From Octopus vulgaris (Eukaryota), in contig OX597822.1 in assembly GCA_951406725.2 (NCBI GenBank), positions 8,184,001-8,248,000 on the forward strand: a DNA stretch of 64,000 nt, in the 5' to 3' direction. Position 1 is the stretch's first letter. Every line of letters begins with the position of its first letter. Of the stretch, positions 1 through 13,700 are shown one piece after another. The notes under the pieces were generated by a model. It saw nothing but the letters and a program-made list of their open reading frames with translations. It had not been told where the DNA came from and made no database searches. The translations under genes and the position numbers were made by a program.

Positions 1-971
1 GAAGCATACTTACGAACGTATTCAACCCACGATTCTCCTTTGTAATTAGATCTATATACATATTTCACGTTAACATTAATTTCTCCTCCGCTAAGTACAA
101 CAATATTCTGACACTTTAATGTATGTCAACATATAAAGAATATAGAGAAGCCATTGCCATAAAAGAATAATTGTGCACATGTTAACCTATTTCGATGATG
201 CTTCACCTAACAGAAATAGACGAACGGTTACAAGATAATCACGTCCTACCCTCTGTAAATTCTGCACAGTCCTCTTGGCTAGCTATGCGGTGAAGAGGAT
301 AGATATCGATGGGATAATGACGGCTGCTTTATCTTTGATTATAGACTTCTCGTTTAGGGCAGATATGTAATCTTCCACAAATCGGAGAAAAAATATTTTC
401 CTACTTAACAGAAGTATGCTCGATTACTGCTCTCATTCTATATATATGCGTTTGTCCAACATGTATTCGAGTTCATTTTGAAATCAATATGTTAGATGAT
501 AGATTGATGAGCGCGTTTATATTTGGTACGTTCATTTCCAGAATCGATTACATGGCTTGTAGACAAATTCTTCGATAAATGATAGAGTGATTCAATTACT
601 AAATGTTACAAGATAAAGGTTATTCATCAATCTCTCATCTAATCTATCGATTTTGGGATGAGACCATTGTCAGACACAAAACTTCGGCTTAACGCAGACA
701 CATAGACATGTATACATGCACACTCATACATAACAATGTACTTGGTGACTTACAAGCATCTTGCTTGTGCAAGTACTGACATTGGAAAACTTCACAATAA
801 CCGATGCGAGTAGGGTTCAATGGTTATCAGAAGAGGCTGCGCGCCGTTTCAGGGTTTTCCTCTTAACGGTTTTGCAACACACGCGCCTCACTTGTTGATG
901 TGGTGCCTTCGCTGCTGCATTGACAGACAGGTATTCCATATTAAAACCATCTTCTTGGGATCCTCAATACC

Positions 972-1202
972 TATTTCTTTATTACCCACAAGGGGCCAAA
1001 CACAGAGGGGACAAACAAGGACATACATAGATATTAAGTCGATTACATCGACCCCAGTGCGTAACTGGTACTTAATTTATCGACCCCGAAAGGATGAAAG
1101 GCAAAGTCGACCTCGGCGGAATTTGAACTCATAACGTAACGCAGACGAAATACCGCTAAGCATTTCGCCCGGCGTTCTAACGATTCTGCCAGCTCGCCGC
1201 CT
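972..1202 (-). mobile_element. tRNA-derived SINE, family A (AAGGCGGCGAGCTGGCAGAA head), with 10-bp target-site duplication
   Basis: The reverse strand reads GGCGGCGAGCTGGCAGAATCGTTAG...GAGTTCAAATTCCGCC (A/B-box-like). Homologous to copies at 20455, 26184, 43548 and 54910. CCTCAATACC flanks both ends (962-971, 1200-1209). Confidence 0.9.
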
Positions 1203-2054
1203 CAATACCATTCAAATTCAAATTCTGAAGTCATGCAGGTCTGTTGTAACTTAAGCAAATAGATAATGCCTCAAAGCTATACATAATTCCTCTAACAAGG
1301 TTCCATCGACACCTTTAAGCAATATCGACTGTCTGAATCTCTTAAATATCGACAGGTCTTTTCCTCCAAGATGGTGTTTGCTTGACAATGATTCCCTCTC
1401 ATTGACAGCAAATCCTATCTGCCTCTACTTACAATATAAACGGCACACCCAACCTCTACATGGATGGACACTGCACTGAAACTATTATCTTTACTGTCTT
1501 TCTGAATCAACTCGTATCGTCTTTCCTAACATGAATTGCATCAATATTGTTCATTATGTTGAAACTATAACTCAACAAAATGTACTCTCTTATGTTCCTC
1601 ACACCAGATAACCATAACAGGCTTCTTCATTGATAGTATTGGAAGGAGGCATTCACAACTTAAGATATCTGTGCTACTCTCATCCTTTATCATAGTTCTT
1701 ATTGCTCATAGCTTTCTATTATCACATATGTAATGCGTTAAACAATACTTGGTGAAGCATTTCGCAGTTTTGTAGCATCAATTGTTACCGTCAACATTCT
1801 ACGTTATACATACTTTCTGTGTAATAGTAGGATATATTTTGTTGCTGACTTAGGTATATTGGTATGCAAACCATGAGACTGCAACTGAACTGTTAATACA
1901 TGGGTTAGCTGTCCGATAACGCATTGATAGGCTTAAATCTATTCTCTTCTTTGCTCCTATAGATATTTATAACGAAAGGATAAATGAAATATGTAATCTT
2001 AGTAATTATATTGAAGACGGTGAGATAATAGAATAATTACACCGCTACACAAAT

Positions 2055-2218
2055 CGCTTACCTGTATTTCTTGCGGTTTCACGTTCTGAAATCCTATTAC
2101 ACTGAGGTCGAATTTGTGTCCGTACGGGGTCGAGAAAATAAGTACTCTTTGGGAATTGGGGTCGATGTCATTGACTGTCTATCTCCCGTACAGTTTGCGG
2201 CTTTGTTTCAAAAAATAA
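2055..2218 (+). mobile_element. degraded SINE family A fragment
   Basis: CACGTTCTGA...GAGGTCGAATTTG...GGGGTCGAGAAAATAAGTAC...GGGGTCGATGTCATTGAC aligns to the family A body. Confidence 0.65.
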
Positions 2219-2820
2219 TTATACGACTATATTATAATTATGACTACTGCTCATATTTCTATCTATCTCTGATTTCATATTTATAGCAAGGTTCCAATGT
2301 ATAAATATCATTCGAAACCCGGCATTACTATATTGTGAATCAGTTCTTATAATTGCGGTGAAGTCCTCATGTTTAATCCTATGTAATTGAAGTAAGCTAA
2401 TTACTTTCGGATCAATCACCTACTTTAACTAGATTACTTTCACACACCCCTTCGTTTCATTGAAGTAGTTCGCCAAGAATAGTAATCCAATATTCGCAAA
2501 TAGTCTATTAAACAGGCTTCCAGATTCACACAATTGCTAATTTATAATTTCTGCCCGAAGAGAAGACAAGCACAATTAAAAGCACTCGCATGGTAAAGCA
2601 AAGTACTATAGAAATCTACGTGCACTTAGTATAGTCCTGTGCATTTTTAAAAGTATTTCAATGAGGTTTTAGAATGGCCAACGCAAATTGTAATGTAGCT
2701 GAATGTATCGACATCAGTACATACTTATACTCTGGTTATTATGCAATCAGCCTCATTTCACTGAAGACAATGCATAATATTTACGTAAAGAAAACTTCAG
2801 CCATATCAAGCAGGTCCGCA

Positions 2821-2872
2821 GACACACATATACATGCACCTATTCACACATGCACACACACACATGCACACA

Positions 2873-2926
<54 letters not shown>
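2821..2926. repeat. (CA)n-(TA)n compound microsatellite
   Basis: Visible dinucleotide runs. Confidence 0.95.
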
Positions 2927-2930
<4 letters not shown>

Positions 2931-4052
2931 GCATACACTCATACACACATATAGATATGTAAACATATAGACAGACACTTAGACACACAGAGACTGAGAG
3001 ATGCATATACATGTGCACGTATGTATGCATGTATGTAGATAGATATGCAAATTCCGTGTAACAAATTTAGTCACATGACATTGATAATCCCGGATGTCGA
3101 GAAGATAATTGCCAGGGGTGCCCCACACTATTACTGAATCTGAAATCAAATAGTGTGCAAGCAAATTCCCTTAACAATACTGTGCGCTCATTTTAGTGTA
3201 TTTTCTCTGAACACTACGCATGTACAGAAGTAGAAGTAGGGGTAAATGATGTAATTAAAATAATTTTTCCTGGTTGTACTTATCTAAACTCAAATTAATC
3301 AGAGCTATGTTTCTTCTACTAATTTTATTCTATTTTTGAATTGTACAATAAATTCCATGCTAGATAAATATAATTTTAAAGGCGTTATCGTGTACAACCT
3401 ACGACATGACTATATTAGATAGGTCACAGGGAGAACCTGATTTATGATTAAGCACGATTATGGATACCACCGTAACGATGAATTCGCCAGATAGTTACAT
3501 TTCATAATGTTGAAATTGATAACAAAGGACATTTTTGCTTCGTGGGGATGGAATAATTAGTTTAAACCAATTTATATTTAATAATAAACACTACAGTTAC
3601 AAATTCCCAAGTAATAATTAGTGAACTGCCTATTATTGTCAAACGTACTTCAGCGGAATATATAATAGTAAACAGCCTTGTCAACGCCTCTCACCTACAA
3701 CAAGTGAATTACATGTAGCTATCAGTAAAACAAGTAGAACTGAGTCGTTTGCCATTCGAGAAATATCAGTACCATGCGCTCCAATAGCAAAATATACTGT
3801 CTTAATATACAAAGGACAGGCCAAGGCTGATGAAATTAAACAACACAGTCATCAAGCTAAGATGTATACATTCATACATACACACACATACATACATACA
3901 TACATGTATGCGTGTGTGAATATATCTACATATGTACGTATATATTATATATATATACGTAGATATATATTATATATGTACATATACAAGCATATATATA
4001 TCGATATACATATCGATATATGCACACGCATATGTTTTCATATACATACACA

Positions 4053-4136
<84 letters not shown>

Positions 4137-4139
4137 AAT

Positions 4140-4508
4140 CTTGTGGCACTCCGTCGGTTACGACGACGTAGATTCCAGTTGATCCGATCAACGGAATAGC
4201 CTGCTCCTGAAATTACCGTGCATGTGGCTGAGCATGCCACAAACACGTCTACCCTTAACGTAGGACTCTGGGACATTCAGCATGACAAGGCTGGCCATTT
4301 GAGATACAGGTACAACGGAAACAGGAAGACAGAGTGAGAGAATGTTGAGGTGAAAAAGTGCTGCAGGTTTCGCCACCACCGCCTGCCGGAACGTCGATGG
4401 GGTCTAGGTGTTTTCGCTCGATAAGCACTCACAACGCCCGGTCTGGAAATCAAAACCGGGATCTTACGACCGCAAGTGTGCTGCTTTAACCACTGGGCCA
4501 TTGTGCTT
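4140..4508 (-). mobile_element. tRNA-derived SINE, family B
   Basis: The reverse strand starts GCACAATGGCCCAGTGGTTAAAGCAGC...GGTTTTGATTTCCAGACCGGGCG. Collinear with the + strand copy at 32123-32455. Confidence 0.85.
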
Positions 4509-4544
4509 GCTCACATGAATCAATATATACGTGCACACACATAT

Positions 4545-4583
4545 ACATACATACATACATACATACATACATACATACATACA

Positions 4584-4619
<36 letters not shown>

Positions 4620-4666
4620 TATATATTTGTAAAAAAGAAGTTTGAAACGCCACTACATTAGATAAA

Positions 4667-4720
<54 letters not shown>
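4545..4720. repeat. (ACAT)n and (TA)n microsatellites
   Basis: Visible tandem repeats. Confidence 0.9.
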
Positions 4721-4724
<4 letters not shown>

Positions 4725-4754
4725 ATAAGTAAAACATATGCATATATATATATA

Positions 4755-4972
4755 TACATATATGTACGTACCTACCTCTACATGTATATATACACGCATA
4801 TATGAGTACAGGACACCAAAAAAAACGTCGAACACAATGAGAAACGAAAACATAGACACAAACCCAAGGAACTGGACATTTTTCTTAAACAACATAAAAA
4901 TAGAGTACAGGACAAATAACACAAGGAAAAAACCCCTTCTTCAGTCGCCATGGTTTCATCTACTCTACGTTT
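4755..4972. mobile_element. interspersed repeat fragment homologous to the fold-back element at 50601-50953
   Basis: Shares TGTACGTACCTAC...AGGACACCA...ACACAAGGAAAAA.CCCCTTC.TCAG with 50642-50766. Confidence 0.7.
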
Positions 4973-5449
4973 AGGGAAGAAGTAAAAAGAAAGAAAAATG
5001 AATGAATTGAGGTGGAATTAAGAAGTATAAAAATCATTATTGTGAGTCAATATAGAAAGTGATGCCGGTTTCGTCATCTCTGTTCACTGACTTTGAATCA
5101 CCACCGATTTCCAAACGCTTTTGGATCTAATAGTACCTGAGTAAAAAGTTTGCATGCAAGGGATGTAAGCAGTTCTGAAATTGATGCAATTAATGTAGAT
5201 ACAATTAATACAATATGAATGGTATATGTGATGTATGAGAATTAATGGAATTATTGGTGTTAGTAATGTTATTCGTCTTCTGTATTAAGCTGCATGTTTA
5301 CGTTAAGTTGTGGTTAGTATTTATTAATGAAAGGTAGCTCTTTATTTAATATTTGCTAGACTGCGGTGTCTGTGAATATTGATAAAAATGGAAAATTAAG
5401 AAGTTTCTTTTGAGGTTCCGAGCACATCAATCTATGTGCTCACTGATAG

Positions 5450-5760
5450 ATATGAAGTAGTAGTGATGGACACAGGGTACTATCATAATTCAATTCTTTC
5501 CGTGCTTGAAAACAATAATTTCTATGGGAAGATAGAATGCTATAACCCACAGAAGACACTTAAAATCTTATCCTCTTTAATTCAAATACATGGAAAGGGC
5601 CTCACTAATATAGAAACTGATTACTTATCAAATTTTAAATACAAACCAAGTCTCTTCTACGGTTCACGCAAAATACACAAAAATGCACACATTAATGGAG
5701 ATGCCAAGGATTCCTCAATCCTAACATTATTTTCCTCCCCCTGCTGACCTAAAACTCAAA
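5450..5760 (+). pseudogene. Penelope-like element reverse transcriptase N-terminal remnant
   Basis: VVVMDTGYYHNSILSVLENNNFY...KPSLFYGSRKIHK matches the PLE RT pattern VVVMD..Y...P.FYGLPKIHK. Confidence 0.8.
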
Positions 5761-6693
5761 TAAAATACATCAGATATAGTTTCTTAACATGGCTGCTATT
5801 TGTTGAGATCAGAGGCGTAGCGTGAAATAATGCAAACGAATCTGAATTGGGATGTTGGAAGGGAAATAAACCCATTGAAATTACAAGAGGAAGAGTAATC
5901 ATTTGGAGAGGGTGATTCAAAGTGTTTCAACTTTTTGTCTTCCAGTGATTATAAAAGAAGAACATTTATTTCCTATGTGTAGGATTGTAATATATATTAC
6001 TGGCGTTAGCATAAATGTAAGAATGCATATAGAATTATCATAGAAAAAACAAATTAGCAGTTCTACTTCTACATAGGTGACAACAATAAGATAAGAAAAC
6101 ATGAATTATTAGAAGATAAAATATAGCAGAATGTAGCTGGAGTATTTTAATAACTGCAGAAAATTTGTGTCGCGTATATTATGTATCATCATACACGTGT
6201 ATATGACATAAGTCTTTTCTAATAGTTTATTATTTTTCCATATTCTCTAGTGAATAAGAAATGTATAAAAATATAGAAAATGAAAGAAGTTAAGCTTTTC
6301 GTCATATGCGTGATTATGAATCTACACGAAAAAAGTATAAAAAATTATTACGAATCAAATGAAGAACGTTTCTCAGCGACGCAAATTTCATCGCCGACGC
6401 CGCACGGAAACAAAATAACTCACTGCAAAACGTATATAATTAGCACCGTTTTCAATGTAAGATTCTTGTTAGGAAGGTGGTTCTGTGTGTGTGTGTGTGT
6501 GCGTGTGTCTGTGTGTGTGGATGTGTGCGTGCGTGTGTGCCTGCACATATGTGTGCCTGAAAATATACCTGCATATATATATAAATATATATATGTGTGT
6601 GTGTGTGTTGTGTGTATGTATACAAATAAATATATACTTATATATATATATATATATATAATATATATATATTTGTATTTGTATACACACACA

Positions 6694-6750
<57 letters not shown>

Positions 6751-8204
6751 CATATAAATGTGTACATGTAGGAGCATAAATATGCATGTATATATATATA
6801 TATGTTTGTGTGTGTGTGTATAGTTTTATTTATAGTTATATAAATATGAATGCATGTATGTATGTATTCATTTAGTTGTGTAGTACAGTATGTGTATATA
6901 TATATCTATATGAATGTGCGTGTCTATGTTTTCATTTAAGTATGTATTTCTGTATATCTACATAGTCGCTTATTTGATTTTGATGTTTTTAATATTATTC
7001 TATTATTCTATAAGAAATATAGTCAATCTTCTTCAAGAAACAGCTGACTCTGTCGATATTTTCCTATTTATAATTCATAAATAGTATGTCGCTAATATAT
7101 ATAATTTTTAATAGAAATATATACGAGACACATCAATAAACGCTTCGGATACAATAAGTTTTTTTTACATAAAATGTATTTGAAAATACTTTTTAGGATA
7201 TTTTCAGAGTTTTACATCGTTTCATTTTCCAGTTTTCGTGATTCATTATCCATTTCTTCATACAAGCAGATATAATTCTGTTACTCAACTATAGGCATTG
7301 ATAGTTGTTGGAATCTTCACAAATAGAGAGAACAATACAGAAATTTATAGATGGAGCATATATAAATCGTACGATTTCTACACTCAAATATCTGCATTAT
7401 CATATGATTTATTTTTGTTTTTCTCTGTTTGATACATAGAAAAATATGTTAGGTAGTTCACAAAAGATAGAGACAAAATTCAGAAAAGTATCTGTGTAAT
7501 TGTTCACCCATCTAAACAGGGATAAAATACTGCCTAATGTATAAGGTGATTTGTAGAAAATGGCTACCTTAAAATTTACAAAAGTACATTTATGTGAGTG
7601 GGTGTTATGCTTAAAACTTTCACATCTGCGAAAGATTAGCTAGTGGAAACATTAATCGTTCGAGCATTATTATCTCGTTACTATAATTTTGGTTTTTTTT
7701 TTTTTTGGAATTATCTTCCTAGGATATCTGAAAGTAGAGACATCTATGTGGATGATAGCTGGAAAATATAAAAATCATAGAAAATATAAGATCATAGAAA
7801 TGGAAACAGAGCGGCAAAAAAATATTTTGATGTGGATCGTATCGGCGTAGTACTTCAAGCCCTGGTGAGGCATAAAATTGATGGCAAAAGGATTGGAGAA
7901 GATTGGAGAAGTACTCGAGTGGATTTGATTACAGTTCAGCTCCCTTCCAGTTCTACACACATATTATTACGAATAAAACAAGAAATAAGAGAACCATTAT
8001 GCTGTCGGGATATGGCATTGATATTGGTGAATGATTTTGAACGAATACTTCATAAGTCCTTAGTTATGATACATTCAATGATTTCAATATATGTGTGGAC
8101 GTGTGTTTATGCGTGTGTATGTGTATGTATGTATGTATGTATTTTTTATATTTACAAGTATGTGCATATATACAAGTATATTTACATGTTGATATATATA
8201 TATA

Positions 8205-8285
8205 TATAGTTAATCCAAACATGAACAAAGAGAAAATCCTACAACGTAAGGACGTGGAACACGTATAGTGTTATTGGACGCTCTC
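8205..8285. mobile_element. short terminal fragment of the Penelope-derived repeat also at 12530 and 30035
   Basis: TAGTTAATCCAAAC...GGACGTGGAACA...TATTGGACGCT is shared by the three loci. Confidence 0.7.
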
Positions 8286-8619
8286 TCTCTCTCTCTCTGT
8301 ATATACACACACACATACATATTATCTTTATTGCTGAAAAGAAAGAAACTGCAGTCTGAGAATTACCGGTTTAGTAAATGTTTTTATCTTCATTTCACTT
8401 AATTTATCAAGCTTCTGTATTCCTAGCACATGTTTCGCCTTAATGTACTGATATATGAAAAATATATGGCTTGTGTTAGTAATACCAGCGATTATAATTA
8501 TTTTTATTTTATCGCAATTTGATTTGTTTATATATATATATATATATTTGTATGAGAAACACTCATTCTAGTTGTGAACCTAAAAATACAAATATTCCGT
8601 TTATATTCACCCAAAATTC

Positions 8620-8681
8620 TAGAATCCACAACATCCTGCCCTCAGCAACATTTGGCTGAGTGCAGGATGTTGTGGATTCTA
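8620..8681. repeat. near-perfect 27-bp inverted repeat (hairpin)
   Basis: TAGAATCCACAACATCCTGCCCTCAGC / GCTGAGTGCAGGATGTTGTGGATTCTA; 1 mismatch, 8-nt loop. Confidence 0.9.
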
Positions 8682-8699
8682 CATCAGTCACCAAATCTC

Positions 8700-8845
8700 C
8701 AATGAATAATCAGAAATATCCCAAATTGTCAACAGTCGAAGACAACCACCTAACCGCAAGAGACTCCTAATAAAAGTGAGATTCACATTTGAAGAAGAAA
8801 CGATGCTAGTAACCAACTGTGGAGATCCCCGTTGTGACACATAAA
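8700..8845 (+). pseudogene. Penelope-like element RT-endonuclease linker remnant
   Basis: Translates to IVNSRRQPPNRKRLLIKVRF...VTNCGDPRCDT, matching the PLE linker RQPPNLKxLL...CxxxRCxxC. Confidence 0.75.
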
Positions 8846-9359
8846 AGTTAAGTGAGCAAGACACAACCCAAAGACTCGGGAATGGGAAGGAAAGTAGTAG
8901 AGGTGCAAATGTGCAATGAGAGAGAGGGAAGGAGAAAGATATGACGGGTTTAGCTCACTTGTGATCTAAACGACTACGGACGGTGTGTAAGTATTATAGT
9001 TGGTCAACTGTTAGGTTCCAAGATCACAGCTAAGGCTGGATCTAATGGTCCGTGTTAGACTTCTGTAATAGCATGGATATATTATATTCGAGGAAAAAAT
9101 CGAAACCAAGGCAGAACGAGTATCTCAAGTTATTTAGAATAATTTCATTATGGCTAGGTTTATTTGAAGATTTGCAGCTGTTTCTGAGACAACCCAAAGG
9201 GTTTGGTCAGCATATCCGTGCACTGGGTATTCCGTCATAAGAGACAAGGTATGAATATTCCAGACGGGGGTAATTTACAGTTTATAAGGAATAAAATAGT
9301 AGAATAAAGAGTGAAAGCAGTTAGAAGAATATAGGCAGGAGAATAAGGTTCAGAAATCA

Positions 9360-9600
9360 TCTTTTTCCAGAAGATATGCATATTAGTCTGTACTTCCAGG
9401 AACGTACAGGTTTTATTCTTAGTGCAAATTTTGAAGAGTGCAGCTCGATTTGAAAAGTTATTTTTTCAAATCTATAATGGAAGTGGCAAAGGAGCATATC
9501 CGGCATATTTTGATTTCTGAATTCTATAAAGACAACAATGCAACGGAAAGTGCGAGGAATATTAATGCAGTATATGGGGATCGGACAATGAGCGTAAGTC
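9360..9600 (+). mobile_element. mariner transposon 5' remnant (N-terminal HTH of transposase)
   Basis: [41 protein letters not shown] resembles the mariner/SETMAR-type N-terminus; truncated by a microsatellite. Confidence 0.8.
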
Positions 9601-9650
9601 ATCTATCTATCTATCTATCTATATATATATATATATATGTATATATATAC

Positions 9651-9685
<35 letters not shown>

Positions 9686-11800
9686 CATACATATACATAT
9701 ATACATATATATATATACATAAATACATACAATGTATATATATATATATATGCGCATATGTAAAGACATAGACATATACATATCACACACATATATATAT
9801 ATATGTGTGTGTGTCTCCCTCCGGTTTCCCGGTATGCCCGGTCTATGCCTCGAAACTTGAACTCCATATTCAATAAATTTGCCAGCAAGGTGTGGAGAAG
9901 CATAGAACGCTACACTTACAAAAACGTTTTTTTTTGTTTTTTCTTTTTACAAGGAAAATGGTAAATAACAGTCGAGATACAGTTAGAAATGTCACCTGAG
10001 GAGGCTTATCTTTACCAACGATGCATCAGAATTGTTTATACGGCATCTCTCCGTGAAGGTGACGGTGGATGATTGTTCAAAACGATCGTAGATGTTCTGA
10101 ACAAAGATTCTTGCGAATTCCATTTTTTCTCTCCTTATTTCTAAACTGCATTGACAGGTAAGAATTCTTAATTCTTAATATAAATCTCGTAGCATATAAG
10201 GCCACGTTGTTGTTGACAACAGGTAGGTGTATCCTGTGAATCAACTTTAAACAACCACTACAAGGTTTATACCTCAATATAAAATTATATTCATAGAAGT
10301 GTGTGAGTGAGTGTATGAACATACAAAGGTAGTTAGGTAGGTAGGTAGTTAGAGGGATAGCCAGATTGATAAACAGAGAGAGAAGGGAAAGAAGAACGAG
10401 AGAGAACAGTAAATTTTGCGGGCATCACTGAATGAATCCCTTCTTCCCAAAATAAATAAAGAATAAACGCTAAGATTTAGCATTTCATACAATAAAATTC
10501 GTCTCTAAGTAGAAAAATGCGCAAATATACTGCAGTAAAAATAGGAATTATACAAATATGTGAATATATGAATTTTGTACGTTAAATTAAATGCAATTTT
10601 AAAATGGATGAAACTCCCAAGCGTTAACTGAAAATATAACGATATAAAGAATTTCGTGAAACACTTGGATTTAAAATGCAATTTATGACACAAATAGAAT
10701 TTACTTGACAAAAATATGTACATGCATGCACGAAATAGATAAATAATACACTGAATAATTTAACACGCTGAAGATGGGTCAAAGTACAATCCAGATAAGA
10801 TTTATTTTTTATTGAGATGTATTCTCCGTCATAGGTTGCAAGAAGGGACCTGCAGCTGACTACTGCAGCTTGGGCACAATGTATCACAAAATACAACAAT
10901 ACATATCGGTTTAACCGATGTATTACAGTTCCATATGACCATATGCAGCTAAATATCACCATCTGAACTAATCTATTTAGGCCCTTTGAAGATTTAACTG
11001 AATTAAAGCATAGCGTTCCTTTAACTACAAAAATTATAGAAGCAAATGCAATAGGATGTAACAATGAATTCTTATTCTACCGCTTGAATTGAAAAAAAAA
11101 CAAAACAAAAACAAATAAGACCTTAAAGTGATCCTAGCAGAAATGTGAGTGGATTTTCTTTTCAGTCTACTAAATTAATTTCGTTTTATTAATCTTTCCA
11201 CCAGAGTAATAACTATAAACGTGTACAGTGGATTATATGTAGATAGGACATACGGATTATAGCAATTTAATGATAAGATACGACTCTACTCTCTAGAACG
11301 AAGACGATAAATATATGCAGTGATATACATCAGAAAAATCCTGTTAGGACTTGAACAAAACATTGACGATGAAACTTACTAAAACAGTAGAAGAGGGCGC
11401 CGAGGCATGATGTTAAAGAACCCAATGTCACCATCAAGATAAAGGACCAGGTAGAGCAATAATTGGATTTCAAGTACTCACAACGCACCTGAGTGACCTA
11501 CATATGGTGGAAGTTTTATATTTCCATACAAAAAAATTGGACCTCCTCCAGTCAAGAATTACAAATGGACTTACGGTAGGATACGTAGATGAGGGCAGCA
11601 ATATCGAACTCCCTCATTCGACAAAGGACGCATATCAAAGGAAATTTCCAGTAATAAATGTGTAGCAAATGTAACGGTGGCGCACTGTATGGCCGTAACT
11701 CTTGAGAGGGAGCTTCTAAAAGAGTATATTTGTGTCTGTGTGTATGTGTTTGTATATATCTGTGTGCATGAATAAAAATATTTTCAAAATTTGTTAGAGA

Positions 11801-11972
11801 TGGCACAGGAGTGGCTGTGTGGTAAGTAGCTTGTTTAACAACCACATGGTTCCGGGTTTAGTCCCACTGCGTGGCACCTTGACCAAGTGTCTTCTACTAT
11901 AGCCTCGGGCCGACCAAAGCATTGTGAGTGGATTTGGTAGACGGAAACTGAAAGAAGCCCGTCGTATATATG

Positions 11973-12007
<35 letters not shown>

Positions 12008-12172
12008 TTGTGTGTCCGTGTCTATCCCCCTAGCATTGCTTGACAAACAGACCGATAGAATAAGTATTGGGCTTACAAAGAATAAGCGCCGGGGTCGATT
12101 TGCTCGATTAAAGGCGCTGCTCCAGCATGGCCACAGTCAAATGACTGAAACAAGTAAAAGAGTGAAAGAGAG
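11801..12172 (+). mobile_element. tRNA-derived SINE, family C, with internal (TA)n(TG)n
   Basis: GGCACAGGAGTGGCTGTGTGGTAAG...GGGTTTAGTCCC head and CAGCATGGCCACAGTCAAATGACTGAAACAAGTAAAAGAG tail. Homologs at 48986-49366, 33850-34120 and 19850-19970. Confidence 0.85.
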
Positions 12173-12394
12173 AGATATTTGACGTAACCTCAGCTCATTT
12201 GTTTATATAATTACCTCTCTCGCTCTCTGGATTTTACATACTCTCTCTTTCCCTCTGAGTCCATTTTTTGTTAGTGTCTCATTTCCTACAGGCAGTCATG
12301 TATAACATATTTAAATAAATATATTTTAATATACATATTCTCTGCATTTTTCTGTATGCGTATGGATAGTATTTACATAGGCGACCGTTATGCT

Positions 12395-12396
<2 letters not shown>

Positions 12397-12478
<82 letters not shown>

Positions 12479-12488
12479 CATATATATA
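12397..12488. repeat. (TA)n microsatellite
   Basis: Long TA run. Confidence 0.95.
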
Positions 12489-12529
12489 ACTTAGAAAGGT
12501 TTTGGCCAGTATTGGCCCAGGCCATGTCT

Positions 12530-13615
12530 AGTTAATCTAAATAAGAAAGCACAAAAAAACACAACAACGCGAGGACGTGGAACACATATAGTATTACTGG
12601 ACGCTCAGGAAAGAAGAAAATAAGGAGGGTTTAACATTTCGAGCGGAGCTCTTCGTCGGAAACATAGGAGAGGGAAAGATCCAAAGAAGGGAAGACAGAG
12701 GGAAAAAATTCGAACATTTCTTCGTCGGAAACATAGGAGAGGGAAAGATCCAAAGAAGGGAAGACAGAGGGAAAAAATTCGTCAACGGTACACGGAACAA
12801 AAACGCAATAGAGGACAATAAAACATTCGGAGAGATAGACGATACAAAGGCGGACAGGAGGAACAAATATTGGGAGGAGAGGCAAAAAAAAAAGAGACCG
12901 GCCATTGGTGCCCTTTCCTCAGTTAACTATACATGAAGTCTTTACTGTTTCGATCTGACTGCTCCCCACGCAAAAGTCAAAGCTAAGAGCATTAGACTTT
13001 TTGTGAGAAAGCTAGCAAATGTCCACGGCAACAAAGGCAACCAAAAAAACGGAGAACATGGTACACAATTACAAATACAAACAATAAGAATATAACAACC
13101 GGTGTCATTCGGCTGACAACGAATGAAATTGAGCTGGCGTGTACGAAGGGAAAGCCTAAATGCAGGAACACAGGAAATGGACATAAGAGATGTTGGCGGT
13201 GCGTAGTCAGGCCAAGAAAGAAAGATCATGGCTGGCCGGACACCGGTCACATATAAGGAGGAGAGAGAGGTAGGGGGTGCGAGATTGAAGGATTAGAAAA
13301 AAATCAGAGACAAAGAGAAAGGTACGGGGGAGATAAACTAAGAGGAAAAAGTGGGAGTTGAGTAAGAGTCGTACAAAATTTAGATCCATACCTACTATAA
13401 GGTGAGCCCATGTATGCACATACACTGCTGCATGTATATATAAATATAAAAAATGGAACAAAAGCGCAATAAAGGAGAATAAAACAATCAGACAGATAGA
13501 CGATACCAAGGCGAGTAGGAGAAACGATTAGAATGACGGCCTTCTTTCCTCAGTGAAGTATACTAGACGTCCTTACTGTTTCGGGCAGTTACACTCTAGA
13601 CAGTTCGATCTAGTT
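12530..13615 (-). mobile_element. non-coding Penelope-derived repeat with an internal tandem duplication and an HHR-like motif
   Basis: Terminal ~190 bp is homologous to 30035-30208. A ~62-bp unit is duplicated at 12651-12712 and 12720-12781. An HHR-like motif lies at 12629-12663. Confidence 0.6.
12629..12663 (-). ncRNA. minimal hammerhead-like motif, variant core CCGACGA
   Basis: GUUU-CCGACGA-A-GAGC(UCC)GCUC-GAAA-UG-UU-AAAC; stems I and II pair. Confidence 0.5.
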
Positions 13616-13662
13616 TGTGTGTGTCTCTGTCTGTCTATCTCTCTCTCTCTCTCTCACTCTCT

Positions 13663-13700
<38 letters not shown>

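Noticed and set aside
1300-1480. Possible RT remnant (NLYMDG resembling LYMDD)
   Set aside because: A single weak motif is insufficient.
10624-11064. 146-aa ORF without microsatellite
   Set aside because: No recognisable domain or coding bias, and no supported exon structure.
12651-12781. Direct repeats suggesting a CRISPR-like array
   Set aside because: Only two units, no unique spacers, eukaryotic repeat context.
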